The position numbers and the translations under genes are program-made. A stretch of DNA of 64,000 bases from Botryllus schlosseri (lineage: Eukaryota). Below the pieces are notes generated by a model. It saw only the letters and a list, made by a program, of their open reading frames with translations, searched no databases and was not told where the DNA came from. The stretch spans positions 9,424,001-9,488,000 of the forward strand of contig CM119382.1 in assembly GCA_051294905.1 (NCBI GenBank). The letters run 5' to 3'. Positions 44,001 through 52,567 of this stretch are shown here, piece by piece; the stretch's first letter is position 1; each line of letters opens with the position of its first letter.

Positions 44001-47000
44001 CATGATGTAACATCATCCTCCGACTTGCACGAATACAAGGTCATGTCATCCTCGGTCACTTTGGAAACCACCAATCTCCTCCACCGTCCCTCGACGACAA
44101 TCTCATACCGTTCGGAATCAAAGATCTCAACATCATTCCTGAACCATTTAACCTTGCCCAGGCTCTTGTTGACTTCGCAAGACAGCTCGGCTACATCCAT
44201 CTCCGCTACACTCACGTCTTGAAGCTTCTTTGTAAACTTGACCCCGCATTCTGATCACAAAGAGATAGAAAGCATGTTGTTATTTCATCACAAAGTAAAA
44301 ATCATGGTAAGCAGATTACCATTTATAAAAATATCCGTCGAAGTCTCAACACCTGCCACCTTGAAAGTATACTGGCCAGAGTCATCAACAGTCGTATCGT
44401 GGATGAGCAAAGACTGTTTAACGTCTTCAGTGCGGAATTTCACCGATTCCGAGCGGAACAGTTTATCGCCATTATGGTACCACGAGCCTAATGAAACAGA
44501 TAGCCGGAGGTAATGAATGAAAGCCCTACTAAACCAATGTCAGAAGCGAACCGTGTAAGTTTGGCGTGTTCACAGTGCACACCAGCTCAATCGTGGATCC
44601 TTCGTCATATGTCCCGCCAGTAAGATGTTGTACGATTTCAACAGCAGAGGTGACAAGAATAAGGGGTGCAGCACTCTGAAAAAGTAATAATCAGAGATAT
44701 CGAAAAACCAGATACAAGATATGATCAATCTATGATATCGAGTTACAAAAAAAATTTGTGCAAGAGAAGATCCTTTTTGCTGAGTGCAGTGGTGGAATAG
44801 CTATTTACTAATTGGAAAATCTCAGAAGGGGATCAAAATATCATCAATTACTTCAAAGTCAGCCTGAACAGGGACAGAGTTCCAGTACAGAAACTTATGG
44901 TATAATTTCAGTGCTTCTTCGTTTTACGATCATGACAAGCCAGTGTTCCCCATGACACCAACAAATAATTCCCATGAACACGAACAAAAATTTATAAACG
45001 TCAAAATAAATTGTTGTTTTTTTGTGCCTTTGGAGAGACGGATATTAGGGTTGGAGGTGGGTTAGGGTCAAAGTTGGGGTTAGGTTAGGTTAGGGTTACC
45101 ATACGTCCTCCTTTAGGAGGATTTGTCTTCCTTTTTCGGGTTTTTGAAAATGTCCTCCGAGGACGCCTAAATATCCTCCTTTTTGGCAATTCGTCCACCT
45201 TCACAGCTTATTGAGCTAAGTTGATGGATAAATTCGAGTGGGCATACATGAAGCTAAACGGGAAATACGTGGTTCGAACGGAAATGGCGACCTTTTTTTC
45301 GGGATTTACCTCCGGTATTCTAAGTTCGAAAATTTTGAAATAGTGTCCTTCCTTCCAGATTCCAAAGTATGGTATCCCAAGATTAGGGTTGGGGGAGGGA
45401 GGATATTAGGGTTGGGGAAGGGGGGTATTAGGGTTTGGGGTAGGGGGGGATAATAGGGTAAGGGTTGGGGATGGGGGGATATTAGGATTGGGGGAGAGGG
45501 GATATTAGGGTTGGGGAAGTGGGATATTAGGGTCGGGGGAGAGGGGGATATTAGAGTTAGGAAAGAGGGATAACAGGAACCCCTATGGATGTGCATATCT
45601 TGTGAATTTGATGAATCGACAATGCAATCCTCAAATAAAACATTTTTAGAACCATCGCTCTTATTTGAAGAATAGGGCCGAGAAGTAAATATGTACAAGT
45701 GATTTGTGGTACAGAACTTCAGAATAACGCGAAACAATAACTTCATATTGTTAATTTATTCGCTAAAAGCTAAAAGCTAAAAGTAAATATGTGTACGGAA
45801 AAATTCATTACCGGTATACTCAAAAAGTGCCGCGAGACAAATCAGTTACATACCTGTAAGCCTTTCTCTGTTTTAATCTTAATCTCTCCTTCATCCCCAT
45901 GTTGAACATTTCGCAAAACCAGGGTGTGTTCACATCCAGCTTTGGAAATGTTCACAGACTGACAGTCAAGAAGTCTCGTGCCATTCCGGTACCACGATAC
46001 CGTAACATCCCCAGAAACTGTGCATTTATACGTTACATCACTCCCTTCCACAGCACGAACTTCTTCCAGGCCTTTCTCAATAGTCACATCACTGTTTCCA
46101 AATTCACTTTTGCTCGAATCTTTGCCATTTTTCTCATCTGATCCATGAGTTACAAGAGGGGCAGTCACAACTAAATTAGCCTCTCCAAATCCAATGACAT
46201 CGCTCGAGTCGAATGCATCTATTTCACGAGTAGGCAAGTCCGGAGATTCTAATCCGACATGTGTCGCGGTCAGGCGAGTAATCACAGGGTCGACTAACTC
46301 GTACGTGATTTTTCCAGCCCTGTTCGACTTCAAGTTGCGAAGTTTGAGCGTATGGAAATTTCTGTGAATTGTTGAAAAATAATAATAAATCTGTTATCGC
46401 CAGTGATAGCAGAAATCAAGTAAATTGCTTTGTGCAAGATTGTAATAGATATCACTGTGCGATTTTTAGAAAGTGGTAGAGAATATCCATGTTACTTTGA
46501 AAAATTCCAACAAATTTGCTCAACGGTACCGTTTCGGTTTAGTTTTTGGTCGTTGTTCGAAAAGGTGTTGATACCTAATTTTAAAATTTGGTTTTGAATC
46601 ATAGATTTGTGATGTCACCAGATAGAAAATCCTAAAATATTTAGAAACCAACCAAATTCTAATCTCAGCTATGATGTGAGAAAGCTTATACGTAACATCA
46701 CAATTTTAAAGTATTTATAGACCTCAGAAATAATTGCAGATTGAATTTTCACCATCATTGCACACTCACCCTGTTTGTTGGATTTCCACATCGGGATCAT
46801 TGTCCAGCTTCTCCCCGCACAGATACCAATTAATTTTGGTAGACTCTCTTTGAGTGGTTACCTCAAATGTGGCATCACCTCCTTCTGGAACGGACTTGTC
46901 TTGAAGGCCATCTTTTATGCAACAATCATAAAATGTTAAGATTCTATTGTCACAATTCAAAATCTATACACTGCAATTACTAGTACCGGTATCTAATTAT

Positions 47001-50000
47001 TCGTATTTTGATTATCTACCTCGCCTGGAAAGGGTTAATTGTATCTTGTTCCTACTAGGATAATTTTGATTGATATATTTCCGGAATCAGTGTGATTACA
47101 TAGTTACTATTTACCAATGCAGAAACAATTTAAAATGTTAAGTTAATTGTTATACATATGAGATGCTCATATATCATAGTGTATTTACTGTCGCCCGACC
47201 AATATTTGCAGAGGCCTCTAAAGTTATCAAGTGATCAACAAATGGCATGGTCCTTCCAAAATATCTTGGAATAAAGTCGCACATGTCTGAAACATAGGAC
47301 TACTGGATGTCTGTGAACCAAATAATTGGGAAATACATTGTAATCACAGCCGTGATGAAAATTTTGGAGGGGCAACATGACAATGTGACACGCTGAAAAA
47401 TATGATGTCACATTGTGTAGTTGAAAAATTAAGCCTTCTCCATCCCTAGGTATGCTATGCAGCATGTATCCAAGCAGCAGATGAACAAAAACCACCGAAA
47501 GTAACAAAAATCTGCCGACGGATAATAATTTAAAATGAATGAGAGATTATAAGTACACTTTTAAATCCCACTAATTGGAATATGATCAATTACAAGACAC
47601 TTACACAAGGGTATCCTTGACTGAGACATTGCCAAAATGATTACCAAGGTCAGTACAGATACCACACTGATTGGGCAAATTACCAGATTGCACAAAATCT
47701 TGACTTGACACATCCAATCATTATGAAAAATAATAGTGACACTAGAACTGGTGCTTGAATTATATAAAAATCGTAATAATCGTAGGCTCTAACCAGGGGT
47801 TCCTAACCTTTTTTACACCATGACCCCCTTCGAGAACTTTGAAAAATCAATGCCACCCTCCCCCCCCCCCTATTTTTTATTCCTCCAGCTTCCCCGGATT
47901 CATTGACTCATTAGTTTGCACTGTTGAACATAGCATAAATAGAGGCTTGCACACTCCTTCTTGATGTTGTAGATGTATAAAGTCAAGCTTACGATAACTT
48001 TCACCATACTTTCTTTTTCCGCTGGAGTAGCCATTAGTCTAATTTCAAATACAAAAATAGTAGTAAAACAAATAAAGTAAACTCAAGTTCAAGAAGTTGC
48101 TTATTGGCGTACTAATATTGACAATAATTTTTAATCTACTTCTTTGTTATAGTAGAGTCGTCTTGCTGATGAAAAATGTTTCCATGGCCCCCTAGGTTAA
48201 AAACCGCTGCTGTTTATAGATATTATATATCAAGTAAGGAAAAAAACAAGTGGGAAGAGAGACTGACACGAACCAACCATTGTTTACAAAGAAGCATTAT
48301 GGACAGTAAGAAACAGAGGACGACATGAAAGGAGTGAACCTAAAATTCCTTGAAATTTCTGAATTGTTGATGCGATGTTATAGGGTTACCATATTGTGGA
48401 ATCGGGAAAGGAAGACACTTTTTCAAAATTTTTAGACTTACGATACTGGGAGTAAAATCAAGAAAAAATGGTAAAATTACCACAAAATCGTGGTTTGTTG
48501 ACTAAAAAAAAAAGTCGTCGCGTACGTTCGAACCCCGAAATTCCTGCTCAGCGTCATTTATGCGTATTTTCACTCGAATCTATCCATAATCTTAGCTCTA
48601 AAAGCTGTAAAGGAGGACGGATTGCCGGATTTAGGCGTCCTCGGAGGACATTTTCAAAAACCTGAAAAAAAGAGGACAAATCCTCCTAAAGGTGGATGTA
48701 TGGTAACCCTATATATTATGATTCACTGAAGTTTCTCTATTTGGAAAGCTCTGACCGAATATATTTATGTTCATTGTTCACTGTATCATACAGAAAATCA
48801 CCTTTAACTGTGAGGGTTGCGGTGGTGGAGCTAAGTCCGGTGACGCATCTGTAATCTGAAGCGTCTTGCAACGTGCTGTTGTGAATAATAAGCGAACGTT
48901 TGTATCCATCCTGAATAACAGTGTATCTGAAAATATATGAGAATGCCATAGATGACTGCTTGCGAAATAGTCTACCGCCAGGAAAATAATAAATCCATAG
49001 TTTGCTTTTAACACATTGCATAGAAGATACAGCATAAAGTTCTACAATGGACAAGGACAATACTAGAGCACAGGGTTGTAATGACTCGAGTCATTTTCTT
49101 GAAATAAGGGAAATGACCAGACCCACCTTGAATCAATCTGTTTGTTGACTCAACTTGTACACGGATCATTGTACATAACTCGAACCGAGTCATATGACTC
49201 GAGACTTGGACTACCATGACAGGCATTTCACTGTCATAGCACTTTATCGGAGGTGGCCACTGTACAAATTCCTGGTGCATCTTCGTGTTTAATGTAAAAT
49301 GACCAATGACACTATGAATAGGTTCACTTTTCAAAAATATATTCAGTATATATATAATAATATACAGGGGCTCTTCCACCCAATTGTCGTGACAACTTCA
49401 CGCAAAAAGGGATGTATGCCTTAAAACTACTTTTACTCAACAAAATAACAAGTGTAAAAAAAAGTAGTTTTGACTAAAAATGACAAGTGGAAGTAGTCAG
49501 AAAACCAACTACTTGAGTAACTAGAACAAATCCGCGAATCTACTTGAGTACTCCGAACAAATAGAAGTACTTTAATGACCACCTCTGGAAGTATGTATTG
49601 CCCATACAAAATATAAATCATCATTGTTAATTAATTTTAGCCACAGACTTACTTGTCTGCGTTTTCCTTCAAATTGATAGCTTTCCCATCTTTGTACCAA
49701 ATCACTTCTGCATCGCTGTCTTTCACTTCACACTCTAGTATCACTGTCTCCGTGACAGTGCAAGTGTAGGCGTCCAGACACGATGAGAACGCACTGGTGT
49801 CTTCCACTTCCAGGCCCGATATCAGCTCGTAATTGAGTTGTCGTAATTTATCAATATCGTCTGAAACAGAGGATGAAAGAAGTGCAAAGGTCGTCCAGCC
49901 TCATTATTGAAAATGTTACCTGCCACTTTCAGATTCCCTGTCGACGAATAAGGTCCGGCTACTATTCTATAGCGTGATTCATCTTCTTCGCCGACGCCCT

Positions 50001-52567
50001 TGACAGTGAGCCTATAGACATCGCCGATTTCTTCAATGGTATATTTTTCGCTCGGGTTAAGTTTGGAGTTGTCTTTATACCTGTTACGAAATCATGTCAC
50101 CAATTCGTGCAATGCGGTGTCAAATACGAACGATCGGAAGCCAAGCTGCGACAGCGTCAAGATGTAGAATATGTAATACGAACCAATTAACTTCGATTTC
50201 CGGTAAATATGTTTTCAGCTGGGCTTCAAACGTAACATCTGTCCCCTTGAGTGCGTTGATATCGTGCAGGCCGACAATCTCCTTCACCGCGTCTTCGACG
50301 GACGTTCTTCTCGCCATCAAACTCATCAACCCGTGGATTTTCTCGTCGTCACCTTTCGCGATTCTCATCAAGTCACCGCCCTAATAGAAAGTCCACATAT
50401 GGAGCTGTTTCTGTGTCAATTGTATTAGCTTTCACCGAAACGTCAGCCTAACTAGGTGTAGTTTGTCGGCACAAACCCTGGCCTAACGCGCGAACATAGC
50501 AACTCACTGCGCTAAGCGGTTATATTGCCACTTATCGCAGATAAGTCGAACTCTAAGAACTTGGATTCGGACACATACACATTACACGATATTGAGGCAG
50601 CAGCAAGATACAATCGCCTTCCAAAAATTCATTGTTACCTCAAAACTTTCTTGGAATTTGGAAAGCGTAGGCTTGAAGTCTTTCAGATTGTAAAACCTTG
50701 CATACTTTTCATATTCACGAGGATCGACCTCACGCAGCAATTCGATAATTTCCCAAATACCGTCAGATTTTACCTCCGGCCGATCCGTTGACGACACTCT
50801 GAATGTGGTTTATGGTTAAATTACAAGGCCAGGCATAGGCCAACATATTACATACTTGCGTAGACTGTCGAGCTCTAGCGTTTCCTTCATGAAGCTCTCT
50901 GACACGGATACTTGAAAAGACGAATCAGCCTGACCGTGCTTATTCGCCGCGACGCACCTGAATTATAGTGCACTCTCAATTTTTGTCACGTCCTCTCGAC
51001 CGAGGCTACGAAATTACAAATAATATCAGCCAGCAAACCTGTAGACACCGGTATCTGGCACATCTACACTCGAGACGGTGAGGGTGTGAGTGTGAGTTTT
51101 CTCATCATGCTGCATCTTGAAACGACCATACCCGTGTATTTTCATCCATTTACCCTTAGTCCAGTGAACATTTGGTTTCGGATTTCCGTAAATTCTTGCA
51201 GTCATTACCATCGTTTGTCCTAGAGAAGGAACCAATTGTTTTAAACCGTACAGTTTCGTTGAACTGAAGTTTAGTATGTCTATACCCGAATGTTTTCGCT
51301 GATCTTTTGGCCGCTTCATAAAAACGGGAAGTGTGATTTCTGGGTCGGGTTCCTCGACCACATCATCCAGTCCTTCATCAGACTCTTCTGTTGACGACGG
51401 TCGATCAGCTGTTAACGATTGTTTATTTGTCAGTATCGACACCTCGTTCGCGCGATAACTGGATTATGATACTCACCAGTCAACAGGCTGAAACGATACT
51501 TGGTTTCACCGTGATTATTGGCGGCGTAGCAATCGTATACTCCGTAATCACAGTCTTCCACATGACAAATTGTCAAGACATATTCCTTTTTCAATTCATT
51601 ATGAAAAATTGATATTCTCCCATCATCTTCCAACAGTTTTCCCTGTGTAAAAAGCGAGATAGAGGCCTTCTGGGAAACATCAAACATTCAAACATACATG
51701 GATAAGTATATACAAGCCTACGGATCGCATAGCTGTATATCGATATTCTATAAATGGCTGTCTTCACAATTCGTAAAATGCCCCAGACAAAATGTGCTTT
51801 TCGTTCATTCGTCTCGATAACGAAGGCCTACTAACCTGTTTCAACCACAAAACCTGTGGTGCTGGATTCCCCACGATACGACTACGGAATGTAACCTTGT
51901 CTTGCAATTTGGCGATCTCACTTTTCGGCTTTTTGGCGAACTCTGGCGCCGCACCTGTGAAGCAAAAAGTGCAACCTCGTCAGCTGCTGCGCAAGGATCG
52001 ACATTGCTTATAGATCTACCTCTAGCATTAGATGGTGAAGCTGGATCCATTCCCCTGAGCTTCTGTATGACAACTCAATACGTGCAATCGACTTCATGTG
52101 AATAAAACAGCGTGTTAGGCGGATGGCCAGACATGTGCTCCGAAAACTTCGATAACAGGCATACCTGAATATTTGCGGTTACTTCGTCCAACGCGATACC
52201 GATCTTCGTATAGATCCGGAAACGTTTCGTGGACGAAATCTAAAATTGTCGTAACATCGTTGGTTTTGATATTGTATTTTTCTAATTGATTGCAGAATCA
52301 TACGTACCAGTGTTGAAAATGGTAAAATCTCACTATTCCAGGATATCGTTTAATCAAGTTCATTATATCAGTTTCACGCAGGATAAAATGGTAATAATAG
52401 TAGTATGAATTTATAGGCAACGGCCAGCGTAAAAATGACAAATGCGTTACAATTAAAGTTCCAGAATCATAAATGTCAGTTATTATTCCATTTATGAATG
52501 CATCCACCACAGAGTTTGAACGGATTGTGCAAATAGTTCTGTCGCGCCCAGTGAGGGGCAATACGAA
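935..52567 (-). CDS. TTN: Titin/connectin ortholog, multi-exon, 5' portion; continues beyond the left edge, true 5' end unresolved
   Basis: Dozens of GT-AG exons splice in phase into Ig and Fn3 domains (W..P..DGG..I..Y.VE motifs). Domain order follows vertebrate titin, e.g. FAGNKHGKASADFKVQVI-DKPSSP...EKRDIRRKMW (I/A junction), WSKSGKTAGPNCTYK, FRVCAENAAGAGPFSVPTDP, CRVQVIDTPG...EKRKIDGRAWRK. Last exon seen is 1267-935. Confidence 0.93.
1420..1823. mobile_element. GACTCGAGTC-repeat MITE family (hAT-like), copy 1; left end approximate
   Basis: Clustered GACTCG/CGAGTC motifs, ends TTACAACCCTG; homologous to 21682-22125, 49071-49215 and ~59545-59640. Confidence 0.65.
2070..2583. mobile_element. 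TAGGGCTGTT hAT MITE family, left-truncated copy
   Basis: Ends TTGAACAGCCCTA; internal TTGATAAAATTGTT/AATTGAGTCGAATTTG modules. Confidence 0.7.
5270..5571. mobile_element. TAGGGCTGTT hAT MITE family, partial copy
   Basis: Same internal modules (TAACAATTTTATCAAGTAGCC), ends CAACATCCCTA. Confidence 0.6.
7330..7735. mobile_element. TAGGGCGA hAT-type family, internal fragment (inverted relative to the other copies)
   Basis: Reverse-complement match to 39960-40320 and 42590-43075 (e.g. GGAAAGTATCTT..GTTGTACTACAACAAATTTTAATTATTTC). Confidence 0.7.
11152..12039. mobile_element. Tc1/mariner-pogo-type MITE
   Basis: TA|CAGTAGACCGGGGTAATTTGGAC ... GTCCAAATTCACCCCGGTTTACAG; internal GGGGTAACTTTGGACA repeats in both orientations. 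Confidence 0.7.
15997..16587. mobile_element. TAGGGCTGTT-related MITE with long inverted arms
   Basis: TIRs TAGAGCTCTTCAAAAA / TTTTTGAAGAGCCCTA; roughly 170-bp near-perfect inverted arms; no TSD seen. Confidence 0.8.
19720..19812. repeat. Unclassified ~100-bp structured repeat (copies at 30845-30934 and 41670-41770)
   Basis: Shared GAAAGATAGGAA.GTGT.GAAACGACTTGGAGTAGTCTT...TCAGACACCCA; all three copies in the same orientation. Confidence 0.7.
20980..21120 (-). mobile_element. Degenerate LINE reverse-transcriptase remnant
   Basis: Translation contains VTCGVPQGSV followed after a short gap by LLGP (RT motif GVPQGSVLGP). Confidence 0.4.
21682..22125. mobile_element. GACTCGAGTC-repeat MITE family, copy 2
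   Basis: Starts CAGGGTTGCA; shares GGCCAAGACCGACATTTCATTGTAA-like block with 1550-1575. Confidence 0.65.
23132..23779. mobile_element. TAGGGCTGTT hAT MITE, full copy
   Basis: TIRs TAGGGCTGTTAAAAAA / TTTTTGAACAACCCTA; exact 8-bp TSD ATATGTAT (23124-23131, 23780-23787). Confidence 0.88.
25275..25400 (-). mobile_element. Short hammerhead-bearing repeat (~125 bp; Penelope pLTR- or retrozyme-like)
   Basis: TGTTGCTGACG...GAATATACT...TTCTGTACCTTCAAGAAGCTCTTCAAA shared with 42704-42794, ~56955-57055 and, without the ribozyme part, ~43510-43570. Confidence 0.6.
25353..25386 (-). ncRNA. Hammerhead motif, same family, titin-sense orientation, stem I disrupted
   Basis: Core identical, but the 3' strand of stem I reads GCGC instead of GGGT (2 of 4 pairs lost). 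Confidence 0.6.
26442..27242. mobile_element. TAGGGCTGTT hAT MITE, older copy
   Basis: TAGGCTGTTCAAAAA / TTTTTAACAACCCTA ends with family modules; TSD not preserved. Confidence 0.72.
29532..44675 (-). CDS. TTN: Titin distal tandem Ig segment (about 17 further Ig domains over many exons)
   Basis: Repeated F...L.D..V.E...A.F.CEV....V.W.K.G...L.I......D...Y.C pattern, e.g. VKFLKTLKNLESFEKDPVTFECEI, VKFTKKLQDVSVAEMDVAELSCEV; junctions checked were GT-AG. Confidence 0.85.
32310..32404 (-). mobile_element. tRNA-derived SINE head (truncated)
   Basis: A-box TAGCGTAATGG, B-box GGTTCAATCC, then GGTCGGGTCAGACCAAAGAC; no acceptor stem. Confidence 0.72.
32820..33062. mobile_element. TAGGGCTGTT hAT MITE, right-end fragment
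   Basis: Near-identical to 26960-27242; ends TTTTTGAACAACCATA. Confidence 0.68.
33646..33756. mobile_element. Charlie-like hAT mini-MITE
   Basis: CAGCGGTTCTCAAA / TTTGAGAACCACCG; flanks ATCTAGTT / ATCTAGAT (7/8 match). Confidence 0.78.
36038..37679. mobile_element. 1.64-kb hAT foldback element
   Basis: TIR TAGGGTTGTCCAAAA; inverted arms of about 700 bp; exact 8-bp TSD ATAAACAG (36030-36037, 37680-37687); no ORF. Confidence 0.92.
37910..38551. mobile_element. Charlie-like hAT MITE
   Basis: CAGTGATTCTTAACC / GGTTAAGAACCACTG; flanks TTGTAGAC / TTGCAGAC (7/8 match). Confidence 0.78.
39932..40320. mobile_element. TAGGGCGA hAT-type family, left portion
   Basis: Begins TAGGGCGATTTTTTT; homologous to the copies above and below. 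Confidence 0.7.
41222..41479. mobile_element. CAGAGGTGGTCA hAT MITE with TACTTGAGTA repeats
   Basis: TIRs CAGAGGTGGTCA / TGACCACCTCTG; flanks TTTGGCTG / GTTGGCTG (7/8). Partial copies at ~2880-3048, ~20198-20305, ~42507 and ~49425-49587. Confidence 0.82.
42704..42794 (+). mobile_element. Hammerhead repeat copy inserted into a hAT-type element
   Basis: Interrupts sequence that is contiguous in the homologous copy at ~40060-40085; flanked by CGAATT at 42698-42703 and 42795-42800. Confidence 0.65.
42725..42758 (+). ncRNA. Minimal type I hammerhead ribozyme motif (intact copy, antisense to titin)
   Basis: ACCC-CTGACGA-G(TGTCAGC)C-GAAA-ATAT-TC-GGGT: core CUGACGA/GAAA, stem I ACCC/GGGT, palindromic helix III AATATT, UUC triplet with predicted cut after 42754. 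Confidence 0.72.
45040..45575 (+). repeat. G-rich minisatellite, unit about GGGATATTAGGGTTGGGGAG
   Basis: About nine degenerate ~20-bp units at 45382-45575 plus TTAGG(G) units at 45040-45090. Confidence 0.85.
45091..45380. mobile_element. TAGGGTTACCATA hAT MITE embedded in G-rich minisatellite
   Basis: Reverse-complement match to 48381-48711. Confidence 0.75.
45854..49860 (-). CDS. TTN: Titin I82/I83-like Igs, short linker at the PEVK position, first distal Ig (exons 49860-49653, 48926-48802, ~46910-46770, 46361-45854)
   Basis: In-phase exons encode Ig strands (VILECEVKDSDAEVIWYKDG; ATFEVTTQRESTKINWY; VTYKCTVSGDVTVSWYRNG). The acceptor of the ~46910 exon is uncertain. Confidence 0.78.
47794..48209. 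mobile_element. Charlie-like hAT MITE
   Basis: CAGGGGTTCCTAACC / GGTTAAAAACCGCTG; no TSD preserved. Confidence 0.6.
48381..48711. mobile_element. TAGGGTTACCATA hAT MITE
   Basis: TIRs TAGGGTTACCATA / TATGGTAACCCTA; homologous copies at 45091-45380 and ~55345-55626. Confidence 0.8.
49071..49215. mobile_element. GACTCGAGTC-repeat MITE family, left-end fragment
   Basis: Starts CAGGGTTGTAATGACTCGAGTC, the reverse complement of the 1823 end. Confidence 0.6.
49920..51408 (-). CDS. TTN: Titin N2A element: acidic linker, I80-like Ig, UN2A helical segment, I81-like Ig (exons 51408-51286, 51219-51039, 50957-50856, 50798-50639, 50380-50184, 50080-49920)
   Basis: GNPKPNVHWTKGKW (I80-like); IIELLREVDPREYEKYARFYNLKDF and DDEKIHGLMSLMARRTS (UN2A-like); YLPEIEVNWYKDNSKLNPSEKYTIEEIGDVYRLTVK...YRIVAGPYSS (I81-like). 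Confidence 0.88.
51477..51954 (-). CDS. TTN: Titin: first recognisable Ig domain (exons 51954-51836 and 51642-51477)
   Basis: Spliced translation APEFAKKPKSEIAKLQDKVTFRSRIVGNPAPQVLWLKQ|GKLLEDDGRISIFHNELKKEYVLTICHVEDCDYGVYDCYAANNHGETKYRFSLLT; canonical sites, phases match. Confidence 0.85.
52020..52567 (-). CDS. Candidate non-Ig 5' exons of titin (52567-52304, 52239-52165, 52062-52020)
   Basis: Three stop-free exons with AG/GT ends and matching phases (0,0,1), introns of 64, 102 and 65 nt, leading in frame into the first Ig. No recognisable domain; part could be UTR (in-frame ATGs: MNLIKRYP..., MDPASPS... at 52050). Confidence 0.45.

Noticed and set aside
45040-45575. True or interstitial telomere
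   Set aside because: Units are ~20-bp degenerate repeats rather than tandem TTAGGG, and they lie mid-intron.
47230-47750. Possible hidden PEVK exon or transposase fragment
   Set aside because: Frames contain stops, composition is not PEVK-like and no catalytic motif was recognisable.
52340-52385. ETDIMNLIK as a second UN2A motif (cf. EIDIMELLK)
   Set aside because: The similarity covers nine residues only, and the phase-consistent splice path does not continue the motif.
935-52567. Non-canonical introns, frameshifts or pseudogenisation in titin
   Set aside because: Every junction I traced was GT-AG and in phase; not all exons were traced.
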